Shown here: positions 29,881 through 40,400 of the stretch, one piece after another
How positions within the stretch are numbered: the first letter of the stretch is position 1
Layout of the letters: the number at the start of each line of letters is the position of its first letter
IMG/VR virus record: IMGVR_UViG_3300031857_000053
Span: 1 to 64,000 of that record
Direction: 5' to 3' (one strand)
Origin: a virus
DNA length: 64,000 bases
Notes under the pieces: generated by a model
Told to the model about the DNA's origin: nothing
Databases searched by the model: none
Seen by the model: the letters and a program-made list of their open reading frames with translations, nothing else
Translations under genes and position numbers: made by a program

Positions 29881-29942
29881 GTCATGGTTAAGTTGGTTTA
29901 CTGTGGCTGACAGCAAGGGGCTCGGGATTTCCTGAGCCTTTT
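29881..29942 (+). ncRNA. candidate small RNA: GUUGGU-loop hairpin followed by a terminator
   Basis: Hairpin 29881-29907 with loop GTTGGT at 29892-29897; the loop and adjacent stem are the reverse complement of TAAACCAAC leaders. Confidence 0.4.
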
Positions 29943-29949
29943 GTGTTTT
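29915..29949 (+). terminator. Rho-independent terminator
   Basis: Stem GGCTCGGG / CCTGAGCC, loop ATTT, followed by TTTTGTGTTTT. Confidence 0.85.
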
Positions 29950-30007
29950 ATAAACTTTAAATCTTTATCTTTAAACTTTCAAAAATTTTTCTTATATTTC
30001 TATAGTT

Positions 30008-30589
30008 ATGAGAATCTTCAATCCACCAAATAAAAAGGGTCCACGATTTAGAGCTAGTCGTCACAAGTTTTTAACTGAAAAGTTTTTTGATAATTTTATA
30101 AAAAAATATCCTGAATATTCTAATCTTACACGTGTAGAGTTTACTGCTATAATAGATAATTTTAATGAAAAACTTTGGATGGGAGTAATTGAAAACAGAG
30201 ATGGTGTTGAATTTCCAGAAGGTTTAGGTTATGTTTTTGTTGGATCATGTAAGAGTCCTAATAAATTAAATATTGATTTTAAAAAATCTACAGAGCTTGG
30301 TCAATGTGTAGTAAATAGGAATTTAGCTTCTGATGGTTATCTTGCTAAAATATTTTATACCAATTTTGCAAGTAAGTATCATTACACTCATCGAAAGTTG
30401 TGGACTTTTAAAGCTTCAAGAAAATTTAAATTAAAACTTTCTGAAGTTTATAGAGAGGAATGGCCTAACTATATTGTTGTAGATAATTTTGCAAAAGTAT
30501 CTTCTTTCTTTAAGCATCAAAGTAGAAAGTTTAAAGTTTCTAAAAAGATGGAATATTCAAAAAATTATAATGAATTTGATTTAGATTAA
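30008..30589 (+). CDS. IHF/HU-like protein of the crAss tail module
   Basis: Helices followed by GVEFPEGLGYVFV; position before the ring and muzzle genes. Confidence 0.55.
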   Translation: MRIFNPPNKKGPRFRASRHKFLTEKFFDNFIKKYPEYSNLTRVEFTAIIDNFNEKLWMGVIENRDGVEFPEGLGYVFVGSCKSPNKLNIDFKKSTELGQCVVNRNLASDGYLAKIFYTNFASKYHYTHRKLWTFKASRKFKLKLSEVYREEWPNYIVVDNFAKVSSFFKHQSRKFKVSKKMEYSKNYNEFDLD

Positions 30590-30590
30590 T

Positions 30591-31262
30591 ATGGCAACTA
30601 CAATAGGCGACAGTATATCTAGAGTGCGCAATGTACTCAAAGCGGTTAAAGAAGATCCTTTTTTAACTGATCGTTTTATCTATAGTATTATCTTGAAATA
30701 CAGTAAAACTTTATTGAAGCGTCAAGATGATTTAAAACAAATTATGAAATATCAATCACTCTTTGAAGTTCTTCCTTGTGTTGAGCTTATTGAAATTGAT
30801 AAGGTAGAAGCTTGTTGTAGTGGTATAAAATCTAAGTGTAGAATTATGCGAACAAAGGAAAAGATACCACCACCATTAGAAGGTTCTTATGGTCCTTTAA
30901 TTAGAAATGTTACTTCTATTGATTCATCTATAGAAATGATTTCTACTTATCCAAGTACATATGTTTCATTATCTAATAGTACAAATTTTAAATATAATAA
31001 GAGTAAATATTTTTGGTATATAGATGGTCATCTTTATTTTCCAAATATAGATTGGGATGCTGTTAGAATTGAAGCTTTATTTGATGGTGATGTTAGTTAT
31101 CTTAAAGCAGATGCTGAACCTTGTACTTTAATTCAAGATACTTTTTTTAGAATTCCAGATTTTCTTTTTTCTGAGATTGAGCAATACGCGATAAAAGAAC
31201 TTTTAACTGCTGGTCAAATCCCTGCTGATGGGGCTGATGATAGCCAAAATATTTTTAGATAA
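30591..31262 (+). CDS. tail ring / tubular protein
   Basis: 223 aa; LTDRFIYSII...LLKR, YFWYIDGHLY, IEALF..., F.IP..L; crAss ring-protein pattern. Confidence 0.65.
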   Translation: MATTIGDSISRVRNVLKAVKEDPFLTDRFIYSIILKYSKTLLKRQDDLKQIMKYQSLFEVLPCVELIEIDKVEACCSGIKSKCRIMRTKEKIPPPLEGSYGPLIRNVTSIDSSIEMISTYPSTYVSLSNSTNFKYNKSKYFWYIDGHLYFPNIDWDAVRIEALFDGDVSYLKADAEPCTLIQDTFFRIPDFLFSEIEQYAIKELLTAGQIPADGADDSQNIFR

Positions 31263-32299
31263 TGAGTTATAATTATACACTTAAATATAAAACCTTTGAT
31301 CAACTTATTTCAGAGGTTCAATCTGATTTTGAAACACTCAATTTAGAAGGTTTCATATTAAATCAACAACTAATTAAAGTTGCTAAAAGAATAAATTACG
31401 ATTTAGGATTAAGGATATTTCAAACTAAAGAAGCAATATTAGAAGTAGAAAAAGGAAGAGTAAAATTACCTGATGACTTTTATGTTTTAAACTTTGCTTT
31501 AATTTGTGATGAGTTTACAGTTAATCAAGGAACACCTCAAGGAACATGGATTGAAGAGAGACCTTTTATTACTCCTTATCAAGAAACAAATCCTAATCCT
31601 AATCCTTGTACTAATGGTCCTGTAAATTGTTCTACTTGCCAACAGGTTGTTTCAAGTTGTAGTTGTGTTACACCTGCTGCTTGTAGCGCAGGATTAAATA
31701 CTACAAATCCTTCAGGATATTATGGTGATCCTTGTATAAAACCTAGAGTTTTTCTTAATTGCAAAAATGAAAAATATGAACTTGTTCAAATTGTAAATAG
31801 TGGTGAAACTAGAACATATAAAAGATTATTTCAAATAAGAATTATAAATAATGCTCAGTCTATTGATTGTGATTGTCCTAATTTATATTGGAACACTCCA
31901 GAAAAAGCTTGGATAAAAGATAATTATCTTTATACAAGTTTTGATTGCGGAAAAGTATATATCAATTATCAAGGGATGTTAGAAGATGATGATGGGAATT
32001 TACTTGTTCCAGATCATGACATGCTCAATGAGTATTATGAATATGGTTTAAAGCAAAGAATTGTTGAGAACCTTATTATGAATGATGATGAAAGAGCTAT
32101 GAATAAATTACAGCTTATTGAGCAAAGATATAGAGCTGCTAGAAATTCTGCATTATCTATTGTTAATACTCCTAATTTTTCAGAGTTTAGACAAGTTTGG
32201 GAAATGAATAGAAGAGCTCAATATGCTAAGTACTATGACATGTTTAAGAGTTTTCCTCAATTTAGAAATGATTATCGAACATTTAGCAGAAGTGTATAA
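31262..32299 (+). CDS. tail tubular / ring protein (P22 gp4-like position)
   Basis: 345 aa; RVKLPDDF, YTSFDCGKVYINYQG..DDDGNLLVPD; carries a Cys-rich insertion; TAATG overlaps at both ends. Confidence 0.65.
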   Translation: MSYNYTLKYKTFDQLISEVQSDFETLNLEGFILNQQLIKVAKRINYDLGLRIFQTKEAILEVEKGRVKLPDDFYVLNFALICDEFTVNQGTPQGTWIEERPFITPYQETNPNPNPCTNGPVNCSTCQQVVSSCSCVTPAACSAGLNTTNPSGYYGDPCIKPRVFLNCKNEKYELVQIVNSGETRTYKRLFQIRIINNAQSIDCDCPNLYWNTPEKAWIKDNYLYTSFDCGKVYINYQGMLEDDDGNLLVPDHDMLNEYYEYGLKQRIVENLIMNDDERAMNKLQLIEQRYRAARNSALSIVNTPNFSEFRQVWEMNRRAQYAKYYDMFKSFPQFRNDYRTFSRSV

Positions 32300-35200
32300 T
32301 GGCAAATAACTATCAAAATACCTCGTCTCAAGATCCTAAACAACTTAATAAAAGTTTAAATGAGGATACTGCAAGTTCTAACTTAGATCCTAATTCGTGG
32401 ACCCATGCTAGAAATGCTATTACAAATTCTGTAACAGGAGATATTGGAAAGATAGGTAATGAACCAGGAAATCTTTTTTGTAATAAAGCTCCTTATCCTA
32501 TTATTGGTGTAGTACATCTTACAGCTGATGAATGGGCAATATATTCTACAGATGATGTGGATTCGGAGATCGGATTCTTTAAAGAGAGCACATGTGAATA
32601 TAGAAAAATTGTTAATGATAAATGCTTAAATTTTAATAGAGCTAATCTCATTAAAGGAGTCTCAAGATATACTTCAGATTGTTCTTATAAATTATATTGG
32701 GCTGATTCTTTAAATCCAGATAGGATATTAGATATCAATGATATTCCTTATATTCAAATTTGTACCGATGAGTTAGGTGTTAATATTGCTACAGCACCTT
32801 CAGGTTATGATCCTATTGGTTGTATCACATGTGTAGATACTCCAGATTTAAATTGTGATAAAATAAGATTAGCTTCTTTAATGACTCCTCCTTGTGTAAA
32901 AGTTTCAAAAGGAGCTGGTGGAGGAAGTTTACTTAATGGAACTTATATAGTTTCAATAGCTTATTCAGTAAACGGTCAAAAGTTAACTGATTATTTTATG
33001 CCTTCTAATCAGCAACCTTTATTTGAACATGATAATATTGCGGGATCAATTGATATAATAGTTGAATCTATTGATAGAGTAAATTTTGAAGAATTTGAAC
33101 TTGTACTTATATCAATAATTAATCAGCAAACAGTAGCAAGAAAAGTTGGTACTTATAGTACTCGACAAAATTTAATTACTTTAGATGCTATAAGAGATAC
33201 ATGGCCAATAGTTCCTTTATCAGATGTTTCTTTAAGATCTATTGTTTATGAAAAAAGTGATGGAATATTTAATGCTAGTGATTATTTGTTAAGAGTTGGT
33301 CCAAGAAGTAAATTTGATTTTAACTATCAACCTTTAGCTAATCAAATTGTAACTAAGTGGACAGCTGTAGAATATCCTGCTTCTTATTATGTAAATGGTG
33401 GATCTAATACTGGTTACATGAGAGATGAAGTTTATTCATTTTTTATTAGATGGGTTTATGATACAGGAGATAAATCTTCCTCTTATCATATTCCTGGTAG
33501 ACCTCATTTAAATTTTGCTACATTAGGTTATGATGAAACAGCAATTCAAAATACAGATGCTTTACCAGATGAGGCTGGATTTAATTTTACATGGTTAGTA
33601 CAAAATACAGCTACTCATGAATTACCTTTTACACCTACTGTACTTTCTGATGGTGGAGTAGAAGTAGCTAGTGGATATATGGGTTATTGGGAATCTACAG
33701 AAGAGTATCCGGATAATAATCCTGATATGTGGAATGCAAGTGCACATTGTTGGTCATCTTTAAATCCTAGTTCATCTTGTCCAGTAGTACCTGTACCAAT
33801 TATTCCTTATAGTGGTACTCAAATTGATGATTATGATTTATGTGGAGAAAAAATTAGACATCATAGATTTCCAGATAATTTTATAAATGATGCATCTAAC
33901 ACTTTTTCAGATGGTAGTGCTAATCATTTTAATACTAACTCTCCTTATTTTAATGGTGAGGCTGCTATTAGAATTATGGGAGTAAAGTTTGAAAACATTA
34001 TACAACCTAAAGATAACGATGGAAATACTATTAGTGGTATTATTGGTTTCGAGATTCTTCGTGGTACTCGGCAGGGGAATCGCAGCGTGTTGGCGAAAGG
34101 TATCATCAATAATATGGGCGAATACCAAATAGAAAATTTCACTTATCCCGGTTCTAGATTAGGATTATATCCTAACTATCCATATAATGATGTTAGACCA
34201 GATCCTTTTCTTTCAACTACAAAAACTAGAAATACTCCTTGTCTTTTTGGAGCAGGTGGTGAAGTTGATTATAATGCTCAACAAACTTTTAGAAAAGATA
34301 TTTTTTCTTTTCACTCTCCAGATACAAACTTTTTTAAACCTTATCTTTCAGGTAAAGAATTAAAAATATATGAAGAGTTTAGAGGAACTGCTTTAGGTAA
34401 ATTTGAGTTTTCTGAAAAACATCCTAAGCTTAAATTACTTTCTAATAATGGTATAGTATTATCAACTGTATTAGGTATTGCTCTTGGAACAAAGAAAACA
34501 AATGGTGAAAGAAGATACACATGGAAAGGTGGTAATATACCAGGAGTAGTAACAGGAGGAGTAGAAGTAGCAACAGCAGGACTTTCTGATTTACTTCAAC
34601 CACTTTTAGTACCAATTTGGACAGCAGGTAGAACTGCAGCAGCAACTTATCAAGCAGCTGTTGATACAGCTAATAGTACAACTCTAGGTGCTACAGCTGC
34701 AACTTTTGTTGCTAACTTAATTGGTCAATCTTCAAATTTTATATTTAATTCAGGAGTTAGTACAGCTACAATACCAGCTTTTGCTAATTTTTTATCAGAT
34801 TCTCCATATAGAGAATATGAAACTGATTTTGGTGATTTAGATTATCAAAATGGTATATTAGCATTTGCTCAAGGAGCCTTTCAAACTATTTATAATATTA
34901 CTCAATCAGCAGATGTTACTTTAGATCTTATACGAGCTATGATAAGATTTAGAGATTATGCTCTTAAATATAATTCTCATTGTTTATATGATTTTGCAGT
35001 ACCTCCTCCAGGACCTAATAGTAGAAGAAAACAAATTTTAAATCAACAATATACTGGTCCTCAATTAACAGATTTCTCATCTGATTTTACTATTAATAAT
35101 TTATATCGAACTACACATGTTAGTATAGAAATTAATGGTGATTTTCCATTTCCAACTGGAGATAATACAAGACAAAAAGCAAGTGATGTTGCTGATCTTA

Positions 35201-37452
35201 GTGATACAGATGATATAACAAATGGTGTTGATGTATTAAAAGATCCTACTAAATCATCTTTTAAAACTAATTCATCTTGTTTTTATGTAGGATATAAACA
35301 AAGAATAAGAAATCAATATGGCCAAATAGATTCTATTATACAAGTTCCAGTTTCAGTTTGTCCTGTAGTATATGATCCTACAGTTGTAACGGGAAGATTA
35401 ACTAGTAATCAATTATTTAATGGTGATATTTATATAGGTCGATATACAGAAAAAAATACTTTCTTCTTTTTCTATGAGTGGTTATATGATGAGCCAGATG
35501 GATTTGAATATAATTATCTTGCTCATCGAATGTTACCATTTCCTCGTTATTGGTTAGATAGTCAAAAATATGAGATGTCAAATTTCTTTACAGGACTTAT
35601 TGATCAACTTATGGCAGGAACTTTTAATTTTGCTGCAGCATTACCTAGTGGGTTATATAATCTTGATGGTCCTAGTTGTGGAATATTTACTGGTCCATTA
35701 GGAGCAAAATTAAGATTTGGTGTAGCCTATAGTTACTTCTATCTTTTTAATTCAGGGATCAGAGACTTCTATGTAGAGACTGATATCAATATTGCTCTTC
35801 GTGATTGGGGAGAATTAGATACACAAAAGCATTATCCAATTTTAGATGTTAAAACAATATTTGACACTAATATTATTAAGTCCGGTAATTACTTTAAATA
35901 CGATAGAAGCTTAAGTATAGCTAGTAGCTATATAAATTATATTTCTTGGGGTAATACTCAACCTCGAGATTATAATGCGGAAATAGCAGAGAACTGTTAT
36001 GTTTATGATCCTAATCAAATTATTTATTCATTACCGGCACAACTAGAAAGTAAAAGAGATAACTGGCTATTCTTCCTTGTAAACAATTACAAGAAGTTTT
36101 TATCTAGACCAGTATCTATCAAGCCTATTAATAAAAATGGGGTGATGATATTCTTTTACAATGAGAGTCCTGTTCAGTTCTTAGGAGTAGATCAACTTCA
36201 AACTGATGCGGGAACAAAACTTACAATAGGGGATGGTGGATTATTTTCACAACCACAACAAAACATAGTTAGCTCAGATAGACCATATGAGTATGGATCT
36301 TGTCAAGATGGATTAAGTATAAGTAATACCCCAGCTGGTATTTTTTGGGTATCCCAGAATCAAGGTAAGATATTTAAGATGCAGAATGGTATAGAAGAGA
36401 TAACACTGAAAGATCTTAAGTGGTGGTTTGCAGCTTACCTTCCATATCAACTAGTACTAGAGTTTCCTAACTTTGAATTAATAGATAACCCAGTGATTGG
36501 TATCGGGTGTCAATCGGTCTATGACAATGAGTCGATGATAGTATATTTTACCAAGAGAGATTTTGTCAAGAAGCGAGATCTTCCTGATGGCACTACTTTA
36601 ACATATGTGGACAAGGACAACTTCTTGGTTAATCAGTTTCTTCCTGTTAAGCTTGGTGATCCTACTTATTTTGAGGATGCTTCATGGACTGTGTCTTATG
36701 ATATTAAAACTGAGAGTTGGGTTAGTTGGCACGATTGGCATCCTAATCTCTTTATCCCTGGTAAGAACACCTTCATCTCTATAAAGAATACTACTACCGA
36801 TCCGAACTTTGCTAATGGAATGTGGATACACAATAAGCGTTGTGATTTGTATTGTAACTATTATGGTGATAACTTTCCTTTTGAGATTGAGTATGTTGTG
36901 AATACTGGTGTAACAATAAATACATTGCGCAGTATTGAGTATATGATGGAAGTATTTAGATACGGTGATAATTGTTATGATAGATTCCATGTTTTAGATT
37001 TCAACTTTGATGATGCTGTGATTTATAATACTGAGCAGTGTTCCGGTTTATTAAAACTTAATCTTACTCCAAAGAATAATGCTCCATTGATTATTCAGTA
37101 TCCACAGATAACTCCTAATAATATTCAGATACTTTTTTCTAAAGAGGAGAATAAATTTAGGTTTAATCAATTCTGGGATATTACTGACTCGAGAGGAGAG
37201 TTTCCTATTGGATCTCCTTATCCTCCGATATCAATGGTTGGTACTTTTGCTGAAAGATTAATTTGGAATACCGCTGTAAATGGTTATATTAGAACTTTAA
37301 ATCCTAATAATTTGAACTATAATAAAAATGAATTAGAGCGGAAGAAGTTTAGACACTATTCTAATTATGTATTTTTACGTAGAAATATTAGCGGAAATAG
37401 AAAGATGCTATTTATGGTAGCTACAAATAAAAACTTATATTCACCACGATAA
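32299..37452 (+). CDS. muzzle / tail stabilisation protein
   Basis: 1717 aa; N-terminal LNED...WTHARNA, GYMRDEVYSFFIRW, and C-terminal propeller motifs (YGSCQ, SWTVSYD..TESWVSWHDWHP); last tail gene before the cargo genes. Confidence 0.75.
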   Translation: MANNYQNTSSQDPKQLNKSLNEDTASSNLDPNSWTHARNAITNSVTGDIGKIGNEPGNLFCNKAPYPIIGVVHLTADEWAIYSTDDVDSEIGFFKESTCEYRKIVNDKCLNFNRANLIKGVSRYTSDCSYKLYWADSLNPDRILDINDIPYIQICTDELGVNIATAPSGYDPIGCITCVDTPDLNCDKIRLASLMTPPCVKVSKGAGGGSLLNGTYIVSIAYSVNGQKLTDYFMPSNQQPLFEHDNIAGSIDIIVESIDRVNFEEFELVLISIINQQTVARKVGTYSTRQNLITLDAIRDTWPIVPLSDVSLRSIVYEKSDGIFNASDYLLRVGPRSKFDFNYQPLANQIVTKWTAVEYPASYYVNGGSNTGYMRDEVYSFFIRWVYDTGDKSSSYHIPGRPHLNFATLGYDETAIQNTDALPDEAGFNFTWLVQNTATHELPFTPTVLSDGGVEVASGYMGYWESTEEYPDNNPDMWNASAHCWSSLNPSSSCPVVPVPIIPYSGTQIDDYDLCGEKIRHHRFPDNFINDASNTFSDGSANHFNTNSPYFNGEAAIRIMGVKFENIIQPKDNDGNTISGIIGFEILRGTRQGNRSVLAKGIINNMGEYQIENFTYPGSRLGLYPNYPYNDVRPDPFLSTTKTRNTPCLFGAGGEVDYNAQQTFRKDIFSFHSPDTNFFKPYLSGKELKIYEEFRGTALGKFEFSEKHPKLKLLSNNGIVLSTVLGIALGTKKTNGERRYTWKGGNIPGVVTGGVEVATAGLSDLLQPLLVPIWTAGRTAAATYQAAVDTANSTTLGATAATFVANLIGQSSNFIFNSGVSTATIPAFANFLSDSPYREYETDFGDLDYQNGILAFAQGAFQTIYNITQSADVTLDLIRAMIRFRDYALKYNSHCLYDFAVPPPGPNSRRKQILNQQYTGPQLTDFSSDFTINNLYRTTHVSIEINGDFPFPTGDNTRQKASDVADLSDTDDITNGVDVLKDPTKSSFKTNSSCFYVGYKQRIRNQYGQIDSIIQVPVSVCPVVYDPTVVTGRLTSNQLFNGDIYIGRYTEKNTFFFFYEWLYDEPDGFEYNYLAHRMLPFPRYWLDSQKYEMSNFFTGLIDQLMAGTFNFAAALPSGLYNLDGPSCGIFTGPLGAKLRFGVAYSYFYLFNSGIRDFYVETDINIALRDWGELDTQKHYPILDVKTIFDTNIIKSGNYFKYDRSLSIASSYINYISWGNTQPRDYNAEIAENCYVYDPNQIIYSLPAQLESKRDNWLFFLVNNYKKFLSRPVSIKPINKNGVMIFFYNESPVQFLGVDQLQTDAGTKLTIGDGGLFSQPQQNIVSSDRPYEYGSCQDGLSISNTPAGIFWVSQNQGKIFKMQNGIEEITLKDLKWWFAAYLPYQLVLEFPNFELIDNPVIGIGCQSVYDNESMIVYFTKRDFVKKRDLPDGTTLTYVDKDNFLVNQFLPVKLGDPTYFEDASWTVSYDIKTESWVSWHDWHPNLFIPGKNTFISIKNTTTDPNFANGMWIHNKRCDLYCNYYGDNFPFEIEYVVNTGVTINTLRSIEYMMEVFRYGDNCYDRFHVLDFNFDDAVIYNTEQCSGLLKLNLTPKNNAPLIIQYPQITPNNIQILFSKEENKFRFNQFWDITDSRGEFPIGSPYPPISMVGTFAERLIWNTAVNGYIRTLNPNNLNYNKNELERKKFRHYSNYVFLRRNISGNRKMLFMVATNKNLYSPR

Positions 37453-40400
37453 TGGGCTATAATAGTAAAGAGTTAAAAGTTAAATCTACGGCTAAGAAAC
37501 TTGCTAAGCCTAAAGACGCTATTGTTTCTCAGGATGGCCAATATAAATATACTGGACAGATTACTAAGATTTTAGGTAATCAATTTGGGACTCCAATTAC
37601 TATGGAAGGAATTTCTTATCCTTTACGTGGAAAAGATAATCTAGGTAATACACAGATGATGTATCCAGGAGCAGAGTATTTTTTTCCAGGTTCTAGTGTT
37701 ACAGAATATCCAATGAAAAGACAGTTAGGAGGTCCTACTCCACCAGAAGATTGGGAAGCTTTTTTAGCATATAATATTACTGCTCCTGAGAATAGACAAG
37801 CTCGTGAAGATTGGACTTATGGAGATCCTAATCAGTATGATCATTACGGGATGTGGGATGCTTTAGGTAAACCTAGTAATTTTGAAGAGGCTTTAAAAAA
37901 CAATCCCGATTGGACACTTAATGAATATGATGATTCGTATCATGGATTTAGTGTTAATCCTAATACTGGTGTTTGGCTTAAAAATTATCAACCAGGAGAA
38001 GGAGTTGCTCCAGGTAGTACAGCATGGATGGAAGCTAATCAACATTATCTTAATCCGGAATCCTATAATAATTTTGATCTTGTTTATGATCCAGAGCTTC
38101 AGAGAATGAGATATATTTCTAAACAAAAAAGAGGTGGATTTATTCCTATTGCTCAAAAGGGTATGCAATCAGAGTCTGGTACATATGTTCAAGTAGATAC
38201 ACCAGAAGGAGTTAAAACTTTAAATACAGATAGTGATGAATATAGAAAATATTATGCTAATCTTTATAGACAAGTAGGTGATGTATTTGAAGCACCAAAC
38301 ATGTTACCTGAAGCTACAGTTACTTCAACAGCAACTAATGCAGTATTGACTCCAGAAGAATTAGCTTATGTATTAGAGACAAGTCCTTCTGTAGATAGAA
38401 ACTCTTTTAGACCAGCTTATGGAGAAGAAGATATTGATCCAGGAATTGGTTATGGAACTCCACAGTGGCAAAGAAGTGGTTCTCAAAGATACCCTAATTG
38501 GGATAGTCTTACTAAAGAAGAAAAAAGACTTATAACTGATTCTGGTTCTATAGGTAGAAGTATTAGAAGTAAAGCAGGTTTTGGAAAAGATTATTATAAA
38601 AAAAATGAGGATGAATCTTTGTTAGGTGCCGCATCAGGTTTAGCACGTTTTATTTATGAAACAAGTCCTTTATCTGCAATTCAAAGAAGAGTATCTGATC
38701 CAATAGGAACACTTGAAGGTTTATATCAAACAGGTGCTGATATTTTAGGATCTGGTATTGCTGCATTAGATTATTCTTTAGGAAGTGGTCAAGGATTCTC
38801 AGGAATTAATCCACTAACAGGAGTAAATTATGGAGAAGGATTAGATGAAGTATTAGATATTGCGGATATTATTCCAGCAGGAGCAATATTTAAAAAAGGA
38901 TATGATGTTAAAAATTTAGTTAAAAGTATAAAAACTGCTGATAATACAATACGTAAAGAAGGTGAAAAATTTGTAAATAGATTGTTATCTCCAGAAGGTC
39001 AAAAAAGATTAAAGAATCAATTTGCAAAAGCAGACCCTACTTTAAATGATAGACAATTAGATTGGTTAGTACAAACAAGAATAAATGAAATAAATGCAGC
39101 AACTGAATATAATCAGGCTAGAGCTCTGGCTACAATTTCAGAAACAGATCCAAAAATTTTAAAAAATAAAGCTATGGTTGAGCATTTTATGCCTAATCAA
39201 AATGCTCATTTTAGTAGAAAACAAGTTTTTGATATAAAAAATGTTGAAGCACCACCTGATTTATTTCCTATAAATAGTACTATTACTAATCTTGATGATC
39301 AATATGGAGACTTTCTTAATCCAAATTTTGAACCAGGAACTATTGCACTTGGAAGTGGATTTGAAACAAATAAAGGTGTAGCTCGTCATGAAATAGGACA
39401 TAGTATTCAAAAAGGAAAAATGCCAATAGATTATGATTTATTAGAAATGATAAAATCTAAAAATCTTGCAGATAAAGCTTGGCGACTAGCTCTTACACGT
39501 CAATCAAAAGGTGATTTAGATTATTTTGAAAATGCTGGTGGTAGAAGTTTAACAAATGAAGCTTATCCTTTTGAAGAAGAACTTAGAAATAGACTATTAA
39601 ATAGAGGTATTATTAAAGATGATTATCAAACAATAACTCCTTGGATGCTTGCTAAAGCTAGATTAGATGCTCTTACTCAATTAAGTTCTACTGGTAAAAA
39701 TTTTAAAGAAGGAACTAGACTTTTAAAATTTACACCTCCTTGGAAATATAAAGAATTAGCAAGATTAATGAATGAAGCTCCTGGATTAATTCCAACAACA
39801 ATAGGAGCTGGAGTATTAGGTGCTGAAGCTTTACAAGAAGAAAAATACGGTGGTGGATTTAAAGATTTAAATTTTAATGAAGAAGATTATATGAAAAAAG
39901 GTGGCTCAAAAAAATTAAAAATAAATAGTAAATTTACAAACAAAAATATACAATCAAGTATCAACGAGTTGTTTAAAAGAAATGAGACGCTATTTGGTCC
40001 AAAGGGTAAAAAATATTACAAGCCTTTTGCAGAAGGTGGGTCAACAAATAATACTAATATGAAAAAGTTAACTGATAAAGAAATTGCATTTCCTCAACAA
40101 CCAACCGCTGCTGAGTTTTATGCTAGAGGTTTTGTACCTAATAGTCCTGTAGGATTCTATCGTCAAGGTGGGATGTCACCTGCAGAGGCATATCCACAAC
40201 AACCACCTGCGGATATGTTCTTTAGTGGTTATCCTTTTCAACCTCAGTATATGAGAGGTGGTATGACAAATGGAATAGCTTTTCCACAACAACCTACTGC
40301 TGAATATTTCTTTAGTGGATTTCCTTGGGAATCTAAATATGAAACAGGAGGACCTAGTTCTAGTGCTCCTCAAGATATGAATTCTATAGATGCTCAAATA

